Positions 36,867-43,056 of a DNA stretch of 43,056 nt are shown one piece after another (the first letter of the stretch is position 1; every line of letters starts with the position of its first letter). Below the pieces are notes generated by a model. The model did no database searches, was not told the origin of the DNA, and worked only from the letters and a program-made list of their open reading frames with translations. The position numbers and the translations under genes were made by a program. Source of the DNA: Bacilli bacterium (GTDB lineage: Bacteria > Bacillota_I > Bacilli_A > RFN20 > CAG-826); NCBI GenBank assembly GCA_041669225.1, contig JBAYBO010000002.1:1-43056 (forward strand), read 5' to 3'.

Positions 36867-37472
36867 ATGAGATTCACTGGTTCGGATTACAAACGCTCAC
36901 GCCGTCTTGGTTTTTCGACGCTTGAAACAGGCGAAGAATTAAGAAAAAGACCTTATGGTCCCGGTCAACACGGAAATGCTCGCAAAAGAAAACCTTCTGA
37001 ATATGGAAAACAATTAGTTGAAAAACAAAAGCTTCGTCACATGTACGGAGTTAATGAACGTCAATTTCGCCGCCTCTTTGCTATTGCAACGAAGTCAAGC
37101 GAAGTTACGGGCATTGCTTTCTTCCGCATTTTAGAATCAAGACTTGATAACCTCGTCTTTAGAATGGGCTTTTCAAGAACGCGTCGCGGCGCCAAGCAAC
37201 TCGTCAACCATGGTCACGTTACCGTTAATGGTAAAAAAGTCGACATCTCGTCATATCTATGCTCAGTCAATGATGTTATTGGCATTCGCGAATCAAGCAA
37301 AGACTTAAAAGTCATTAAAGAGTCGCTTGAAGGCAAGCCATCATCGGTCGGATATGTCAAAGTCGATGCGGTAAAATTGGAAGGTATCTTCCAACGCGCC
37401 CCTGAACGTAACGAGCTACCGGCTGATATTAACGAAGCGCAAATCATCGAATACTACAACCGCTTACTCTAA
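36867..37472 (+). CDS. rpsD: 30S ribosomal protein S4
   Basis: 201 aa. MRFTGSDYKRSRRLGFS... plus an S4 RNA-binding domain. GAAAGGAGA SD. Confidence 0.96.
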   Translation: MRFTGSDYKRSRRLGFSTLETGEELRKRPYGPGQHGNARKRKPSEYGKQLVEKQKLRHMYGVNERQFRRLFAIATKSSEVTGIAFFRILESRLDNLVFRMGFSRTRRGAKQLVNHGHVTVNGKKVDISSYLCSVNDVIGIRESSKDLKVIKESLEGKPSSVGYVKVDAVKLEGIFQRAPERNELPADINEAQIIEYYNRLL

Positions 37473-37483
37473 AGAGTATGAAA

Positions 37484-37514
37484 AAAACAAAAGACCCAAA
37501 CGGGTCTTTTTTAA
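37484..37514. terminator. Bidirectional rho-independent terminator between rpsD and tyrS
   Basis: aaaaaacaaaAGACCC-aaac-GGGTCTtttttaa. Confidence 0.8.
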
Positions 37515-37527
37515 TGCAATAATTTGC

Positions 37528-38781
37528 TTAGCGAATGTTTATTAAATAGTAATTTTTCTTACCACGCCGCAAGACAAAATATTTTCCATGAAGCGCGCGG
37601 TCGCTTGTCAACTTTAAGCTACCATCGCTAACTTTTTCCCCGTTTAAAGAAATACTTCCACCCTTAAGAAATTCGCGGGCTTCGCGTTTTGAAGAAGCGG
37701 CTTTAGCTAACAACAAGGCGTCTTCAAGAATTATATTCAAACTTGTTTTAACTTCTAAATCGCCCAAAACATCAATCAATTTTTTCTCGCTCATGCTGAC
37801 AAAATCGCCAGAAAATAGTGATTCGCTCATTTTTATGGCTTCTTCAGCGTCATCTTGACCATGAATAATTTTAACGACTTCAATAGCTAATGTTTTTTGC
37901 GCCAGACGTAAACTGGGATTCTGTTCGTGCTCCCCAGCGACGCTTTCAATTTCCTCTTTGCTTAAAAAGGTGAAAACCTTTAAATAGCGGATGGCGTCAA
38001 CATCACTGACGTTAATAAAATACTGGTATAGTTTGTAAGGACTCGTGATTTCGGGATCAAGATACAATGCTCCACCTTCAGATTTTCCAAACTTCCGTCC
38101 CGTGGAATCGACGATTAAATGGCTGGTCATCACGCCGACTTTAACTTCACTGCCTTCGACTTTACGAATTAATTCAAGACCGCTTGTTAAATTGCCCCAT
38201 TGATCGCTGCCCCCGACTTGAATGCGGCAGTTATGTAAACGATATAACGTTAAAAAATCAATTGCCTGAAGAAGGTTATAAGAAAATTCGGTATATGAAA
38301 TACCATTTTCGAGTCGACTCGCGATAATCTCTTTATTTAATAAATAATTAATCGGGAAATATTTTCCATAATCACGAAGGTAATCAAGCATGCTTAATTT
38401 GCTTAACCAATCATAGTTGTTGACAATTAGACCACGTTTAGCATCTTCGAGATTAATAAATCTCGCTAATTGTGAGCGAATGGCTTCAGTGTTCTTTTTA
38501 AGTTCATTTCCTTCTAATAAATTGCGTTCTTTAGATTTACCAGAAGGATCACCAATCATGCCAGTTGCTCCACCGACGACGGGAATGACGCGGTGCCCCG
38601 CTCTTTGAAGGCGCATCAAAAGCGAAATCATGACAAAATTACCTATATGCATTGAGACTGCGCTCGGGTCAAAACCACAATAAATTGTTTGCGGTGTCGA
38701 AAGAAGTTCACGAAGTTCCTTTTCATCAGAATAATTTTTGATTAAACCGCGATAATTTAGTTCATCAATAATATTAATCAT
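37528..38781 (-). CDS. tyrS: Tyrosine--tRNA ligase
   Basis: 417 aa. HIGH-type motif (SMHIGNF), KMSKS-type motif (KFGKS) and a C-terminal S4-like domain. AGGAG SD lies inside the last codons of the upstream regulator gene. Confidence 0.96.
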   Translation of the reverse strand: MINIIDELNYRGLIKNYSDEKELRELLSTPQTIYCGFDPSAVSMHIGNFVMISLLMRLQRAGHRVIPVVGGATGMIGDPSGKSKERNLLEGNELKKNTEAIRSQLARFINLEDAKRGLIVNNYDWLSKLSMLDYLRDYGKYFPINYLLNKEIIASRLENGISYTEFSYNLLQAIDFLTLYRLHNCRIQVGGSDQWGNLTSGLELIRKVEGSEVKVGVMTSHLIVDSTGRKFGKSEGGALYLDPEITSPYKLYQYFINVSDVDAIRYLKVFTFLSKEEIESVAGEHEQNPSLRLAQKTLAIEVVKIIHGQDDAEEAIKMSESLFSGDFVSMSEKKLIDVLGDLEVKTSLNIILEDALLLAKAASSKREAREFLKGGSISLNGEKVSDGSLKLTSDRALHGKYFVLRRGKKNYYLINIR

Positions 38782-38786
38782 TTGCG

Positions 38787-39788
38787 CTACTCCTTCGTGC
38801 TCTTGCGCGCCGTGTATGTTGATTCAAACTTATAAGCTTTTTCATTTAATTCGCCGTTTGATAAATCAATTAACATGTACATCGCCCGTTTTCCGACTTC
38901 TTGCATGTTAATGTAGAAGCTTGAAAGGTTTGGACGGATAATATCAGCATATTTCGTGCCGATGATAGACACAACTTCGACATCTTCCGGAACCTTCAAG
39001 CCTGAGTCGGTCGCGGCATTGATGATTGCTGCCCCAATTGAATCGCGATAGGCAATAAAAAAACCTTTGCGATGCTTTTTAAAATACTCCATAAAATCGA
39101 GATAAGTTCTCTCTGAAGAGTCGTCGACGTTAAAAATGCGATATGGCACTTTGATATCGTTATGAAAATCAATGAAAGTCTTTTCAATTCGCGCCAGAAG
39201 GCGGCCGGCATTGTGAACATGGAGGAAGACGGCAGGTTTCATGTCATTTTTCTCATAGCGAGCCTTCAACATGCGTTTAACGGCATGTTCATAACCAAAG
39301 TTTATACAACCAATTCGGTTGCCGGTAATTTTATTATTTATAACAATCGTGGGTACTGAATAGGAATTGATTTTTTCGATATCTTCTCGATCGAGTTGAT
39401 CATCAAAAATAATGACTCCGTCAACGTGAGAAGTAATAACTTTTTCGACCATGGCTATCGCGTCACTTCTTGAATAAGAAGTCACAAAAAGAGTCAACAC
39501 GAAGCCTTTTTCTTTCGCTACTTCCGTAATTCCATTAAGTAAGTTCGAAATATAAACATAATTAGCGGAAGGAATAACGATACCAACGTTTGTCGTCACA
39601 TTAGTCGCTAGGGCCCGTGCTAAACCACTAGGTTTATAACCCAGTTTTTGAATGGTGGCTTCAACTTTAAGCCGAGTTTGTTCGGTAACGTTACCTTGTT
39701 TATTAATCACACGCGAAACAGTCGCTAACGAGACGCCGCTTACTTTCGCAACCTCATAAATCGTCACGCGATCTTTTAAATAATCCAT
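38787..39788 (-). CDS. ccpA: LacI/GalR-family regulator, probable catabolite control protein CcpA
   Basis: HTH VTIYEVAKVSGVSLATVSRVIN...LGYKPSGLARALA..TTNVGIVIP resembles the CcpA N-terminus. The C-terminal ...ARKSTKE resembles B. subtilis CcpA ...LRKSTKS. Position near tyrS/rpsD fits Bacillus synteny. The start at 39788 has GGGAGA 7 nt upstream; the track start at 39803 is the alternative. The family call is firm; the CcpA orthology is about 0.5. Confidence 0.6.
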   Translation of the reverse strand: MDYLKDRVTIYEVAKVSGVSLATVSRVINKQGNVTEQTRLKVEATIQKLGYKPSGLARALATNVTTNVGIVIPSANYVYISNLLNGITEVAKEKGFVLTLFVTSYSRSDAIAMVEKVITSHVDGVIIFDDQLDREDIEKINSYSVPTIVINNKITGNRIGCINFGYEHAVKRMLKARYEKNDMKPAVFLHVHNAGRLLARIEKTFIDFHNDIKVPYRIFNVDDSSERTYLDFMEYFKKHRKGFFIAYRDSIGAAIINAATDSGLKVPEDVEVVSIIGTKYADIIRPNLSSFYINMQEVGKRAMYMLIDLSNGELNEKAYKFESTYTARKSTKE

Positions 39789-39818
39789 CTTCTTATCTCC
39801 CATAACCTCTTCATAGTA

Positions 39819-39836
39819 TATGAAAATATTTTCATA
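39819..39836. promoter_or_regulatory. 18-bp perfect palindrome (cre-like operator) filling the spacer of the regulator's own promoter
   Basis: TATGAAAATATTTTCATA is self-complementary. Minus-strand TTGATT (39841..39836) and TACTAT (39818..39813) flank it at exactly 17 nt. A partial second copy, ATGATATTTTCAT, lies at 39844-39856. Confidence 0.6.
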
Positions 39837-39866
39837 ATCAATAATGATATTTTCATAAACAACGAA

Positions 39867-40967
39867 TTAGTAAATCGGATAGGTGACTTTTTGTAGACGA
39901 GTAGAAGGAATATCACGGCGGCCCTCCTTGGCTTCCGGGCGGCCATCAAGGCGAACTAAATCGCCAGTAAATCCTACCGTTGTGTTATTAACAAAAGCCG
40001 TCCCTACTCCATACATATCGACAGGAACGCCTAGTTTGACCCATTCGGTAATTTTTGTTACATCAAAACTGCTAGAAACAATTATTTTAACATAGTTAAA
40101 TCCTTCGTCATCAAGCGCCTTCCGCAGAGCAAAAATTAATTCTTTACACACTCCATGAGCGTTAAATCCAGATGTATCTTTGCCATCAAAGTAATGATCG
40201 ATAAGGGCTTTAGAAGTATCGACTCTCACGGCCTTTAAGTCATCTTTTAAGTAACGCGCCAAAAGCAAAGAATCATGGACGACATTATTGTTATAATCGA
40301 TTAAAGCTGTAACTTTTTCTTCCGGAAAAGCCTTGTGATACAAGGTTGCGGCTTGAATGATGTCTCCACCACACACCTGAATTAATGCATGTGGCATCGT
40401 GCCCATACCTTTTCCGCCCCACCAGTAACCTTGCGCATCTGTGCTTACTTTATTAATACCAGCGACATAAGTTGCATAGCCATCTCCTACTTGCGTTAAA
40501 TAGTCATCTTGGCGATCAGCCATTGAAAAGCAAGGCGTGCCGTTTAACTTGCTAACGACACGGTTTACGTTCGTCGCGACGCTGCTTCGCCTCGCTAAAA
40601 TTCCGTCAATCATGCTTTCAAGAAAACCAAAGTTTTCATATTTACCGGTAATTTTTAAAACTGGCTCGTTCGCCGCCACAATATCACCGTCCTGCAAAGC
40701 TTCGACAATTAAGCTTTGCGGTTCGAGGGCAAAGGTATGAAGAAGAGCAATGACTTCGTCAATTCCACATACCATCGCTTCTTCTGTTCTTTGAAAGAAT
40801 TGCATTGTAACGATGTGATCAGAATTAAATTGCTTAACGATGTCACGGGCTTTTAAAAAGTAATTAGCGGCATAAAAACCACTTCTTAAACGTTCGTCAA
40901 AACAAAATGTTTTGTTGGTAAGACGTGAGATTTTGCCTTGTTTTTTTAAAATGACTTCCAATTCCAT
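39867..40967 (-). CDS. Nicotinate phosphoribosyltransferase-family protein (type II PRTase, short archaeal/Firmicute form)
   Basis: 366 aa. N-terminal ...YAANYFLKARDIV..., the central GMGTMPHALIQ motif and ...AVRVDTS... resemble NAPRT/QPRT-family active-site segments. Confidence 0.62.
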   Translation of the reverse strand: MELEVILKKQGKISRLTNKTFCFDERLRSGFYAANYFLKARDIVKQFNSDHIVTMQFFQRTEEAMVCGIDEVIALLHTFALEPQSLIVEALQDGDIVAANEPVLKITGKYENFGFLESMIDGILARRSSVATNVNRVVSKLNGTPCFSMADRQDDYLTQVGDGYATYVAGINKVSTDAQGYWWGGKGMGTMPHALIQVCGGDIIQAATLYHKAFPEEKVTALIDYNNNVVHDSLLLARYLKDDLKAVRVDTSKALIDHYFDGKDTSGFNAHGVCKELIFALRKALDDEGFNYVKIIVSSSFDVTKITEWVKLGVPVDMYGVGTAFVNNTTVGFTGDLVRLDGRPEAKEGRRDIPSTRLQKVTYPIY

Positions 40968-40970
40968 AAT

Positions 40971-41573
40971 TTACTCCTTCGCAAAGAAATCTTGGCCGAT
41001 TTCCATGAATTCTTCAATAATAAAAACTTTATCTTCCTCATTTGAAGCATCGATATTTAAATCTTTGAATGTAGCGATTTTGCCTTCAAAATACATGCCA
41101 TCAATTGTTTCAACATTCACCGTTTGACCATTAAAAAGGATCGTATCAGCAAGAGCGATAACAACTAAGGCATTTTCTATGACTTCTAAATGAGCGATTT
41201 TGGTATAAATAACGCGTGATCCAATATCGACTTTAGCAATGCGAAAATCTTTTTCGTCATTATTAATAATTTCAAGTACTTGTCCGACAATAAAACCTGA
41301 GTTAGTTTGTTCAGGAAGCGGATCAACTTCTGCGTTTTTTAAGATATGATTAATGACTTGCAAGAACTCTTGTGCCGGATTTACAATCATTCCTTTAGCC
41401 TTTATACGCACGATTTGGGAGATGTTGAAGATATTGATTCCAATTAATTCATCACCACTATAAATTAGTGCAATTTCATTTCTTTTTTCGGCGCGGTCTG
41501 TTCTTTTTTGATTGTTAAAAACAATCATCAAGATATCACCAATCGCGTGATAATCATAAAATAGCCGATACAT
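40971..41573 (-). CDS. ytpR: YtpR-like putative tRNA-binding protein (DUF4479 plus an OB-fold tRNA-binding domain)
   Basis: 200 aa. The C-terminal half (IVGQVLEIINNDEKDFRIAKVDIG...) resembles the PheT/CsaA tRNA-binding OB domain. Size and neighbourhood match B. subtilis ytpR. Confidence 0.68.
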   Translation of the reverse strand: MYRLFYDYHAIGDILMIVFNNQKRTDRAEKRNEIALIYSGDELIGINIFNISQIVRIKAKGMIVNPAQEFLQVINHILKNAEVDPLPEQTNSGFIVGQVLEIINNDEKDFRIAKVDIGSRVIYTKIAHLEVIENALVVIALADTILFNGQTVNVETIDGMYFEGKIATFKDLNIDASNEEDKVFIIEEFMEIGQDFFAKE

Positions 41574-41574
41574 A

Positions 41575-42663
41575 CTAACGTCTCATCTCTTTCAAACTCA
41601 ACAGTTTTTCATTATCAAAATTATGCAAAATATGAAGGAGAGACTTTCTGGCTGCTAAATAATCATCGACATCAATAATCGAGCTCGGTGAATGAATCCC
41701 TCGCGCGCAGATGCAATGTGTCAAGGTTAATGTGCCTGTGTTAGCCTTATGAATAATGCCGGCATCAGTGCCACCTGGGGAATCGAAATATTGATATTTT
41801 ACTCCTGCTTCCTGACATGCATTTATTTGCATATCCAGTAGTTCAGGAAAAGCAATCATGGAACGGTCGAAATAGCGAATCAGAACCCCTTCTCCGAGAT
41901 GTCCATATTCATCTTTTTTCTCACCGAAATCTCGCGCCGGCGAACAATCCAAAACAATTGCAAAATCTGGCTTTATCAATTGCGCCGCTGTTTGGGCACC
42001 GCGAAGTCCGACTTCTTCTTGAACACTCGCACCAATATATAAATCATAAGGAAGATTTTCATTGACTAATTCGTCGAGAATATCAAGTATTAAAGCGACA
42101 CCATAGCGATTATCAAAAGCTTTTGCCAGCAGTCTTTGACCGTTATTGAGAACTTTGAAATCACCCAAAACAACAATCGAATCGCCTATGGCGACTCCGG
42201 CATTTATTGCTTCATCTTTTGAAGTGAAGCCAAAATCAAAAAGAAGTTCTTCGATGTAGCGTTCTTCTTTCTCGTCTTTTTCTTTTTTTAGATGAGGGGG
42301 GATTGAACTTATTGCTCCATAATATTTAGTTCCCCCTCTAGTTTTTAAACAAACGCGATGAGCGGCAAGTGTTTCTTTACTGTGACCACCGAGTGATGCG
42401 GTTTTTATTAATCCATTATCAAGAATATAAAGCAGCATAAAACCGATTTCGTCCATATGAGCCGATATCATTACTTTGGGAGCGTCGTCGGTTTTCGATT
42501 TTTTGTAAGCATACAAACTTCCGAGATTATCGCTTACTAATTGTAAGCCTTTATTTTCAAATTCTTTCTTTAGAAAGGCGCACACTTCATCTTCGGCTCC
42601 AGACACCGAAATCAGTTGCGTTGAGATTTCTAGTAAAGATAATTGTCGGTTCGTTAATTTCAT
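41575..42663 (-). CDS. M42-family aminopeptidase, second paralog (YtoP-like)
   Basis: 362 aa. SAHMDEIGF, FDNRYG, VQEEVGLRGA, VLDCS and GIHSP metal-ligand contexts. Confidence 0.85.
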   Translation of the reverse strand: MKLTNRQLSLLEISTQLISVSGAEDEVCAFLKKEFENKGLQLVSDNLGSLYAYKKSKTDDAPKVMISAHMDEIGFMLLYILDNGLIKTASLGGHSKETLAAHRVCLKTRGGTKYYGAISSIPPHLKKEKDEKEERYIEELLFDFGFTSKDEAINAGVAIGDSIVVLGDFKVLNNGQRLLAKAFDNRYGVALILDILDELVNENLPYDLYIGASVQEEVGLRGAQTAAQLIKPDFAIVLDCSPARDFGEKKDEYGHLGEGVLIRYFDRSMIAFPELLDMQINACQEAGVKYQYFDSPGGTDAGIIHKANTGTLTLTHCICARGIHSPSSIIDVDDYLAARKSLLHILHNFDNEKLLSLKEMRR

Positions 42664-42665
42664 AA

Positions 42666-43056
42666 TTATTTTCTCCTTGCGACGATGCGATTGATGTTTT
42701 TGCCTTCACTGCGAAACTGTTTTTCATACTCGCTCATCGCATCATTGTCGTCTAGTTGTGAGTAATTATCAGTGTAGATAATTATTTCCAGGGGGCTGTC
42801 CTGAAAAGTGGTTAGCGAATACTCGTATAAGGTTTCATTATCGCTTTTAAAATAAACATATCCACCCTTATTAAGTATACGAGTATATTCTAACAACTTT
42901 GATGGAAATGTGAGGCGCCTTTTCTCATGTCTTTTTTTTGGCCACGGATCAGAAAAGTTTAAATATACCACCTGTAACATCTCATCGCGGCACAAAGGCA
43001 AAACTTTGGCCACGTCTTCAACAATTATACGGACATTAACTAGTTTTTTTTCGACA
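42666..43056 (-). CDS. trmB: tRNA (guanine46-N7)-methyltransferase TrmB, 5' end beyond the window
   Basis: LNFSDPWPKKRHEKRRL motif. The frame stays open upstream of the track's GTG at 43013 (...VEKKLVNVRIIVEDV...) to the window edge. Confidence 0.88.
   Translation of the reverse strand, partial: VEKKLVNVRIIVEDVAKVLPLCRDEMLQVVYLNFSDPWPKKRHEKRRLTFPSKLLEYTRILNKGGYVYFKSDNETLYEYSLTTFQDSPLEIIIYTDNYSQLDDNDAMSEYEKQFRSEGKNINRIVARRK

Noticed and set aside
1-43056. I searched for mobile elements, CRISPR arrays, tRNA/rRNA genes, toxin-antitoxin pairs and defence or secretion clusters.
   Set aside because: There are no regularly spaced direct repeats and no transposase, integrase or recombinase-like ORFs. 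I found no tRNA T-arm (GGTTCGAATCC-like) motifs. Apart from the lipoprotein, no small adjacent ORF pairs lack housekeeping identities.

Overview
This 43 kb window is densely packed, low-GC, Firmicutes/Mollicutes-like core genome. It uses the standard genetic code: long ORFs are free of TGA, so this is not code 4. About 40 CDS are supported, almost all housekeeping. Gene content and local order mirror a compacted version of the Bacillus subtilis 'ys/yt' chromosomal region. In order: rsmH-mraZ, DUF177, pheST with a Phe T-box, a TrmH-family methylase, DUF45, DUF523, an M42 peptidase, a dimeric dUTPase-like gene, glgP-glgB, ackA, an orphan lipoprotein, nrnA, dnaE, polA, a mutM-coaE fusion, dnaI-dnaB, pfkA with a ROK kinase, thrS with a Thr T-box, infC-rpmI-rplT with an L20 leader, thiI with a cysteine desulfurase and ezrA, rpsD, tyrS, a CcpA-like LacI regulator, an NAPRT-family gene, ytpR, a second M42 peptidase and trmB. 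I see no rRNA, tRNA, CRISPR array, transposase, integrase, phage gene or recognisable defence, toxin or secretion cluster. I do not think the window holds a discrete novel multi-gene system and will not invent one. Eight items deserve a second look. (1) glgP is interrupted by one in-frame TGA exactly where a family-conserved Gly is expected, inside what looks like a remnant glgB-glgP operon lacking glgC/D/A. (2) An extremely acidic, Tyr-rich, higher-GC orphan lipoprotein sits between ackA and nrnA. (3) Fpg/MutM and CoaE are translationally fused. (4) tyrS lacks a T-box and is coupled to a CcpA-like regulator whose promoter spacer is filled by an 18-bp perfect cre-like palindrome. (5) A 14/14 cre lies upstream of pfkA at an activating-type position. 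(6) Three 10-bp-phased AAGTGG MraZ boxes lie over the mraZ ribosome-binding site. (7) A large hairpin plus T-run in the dnaB/pfkA intergenic region has no gene to terminate. (8) dnaE looks leaderless and infC probably starts at a non-AUG codon. All protein calls rest on my recognition of motifs and families in the supplied translations; no database search was run.
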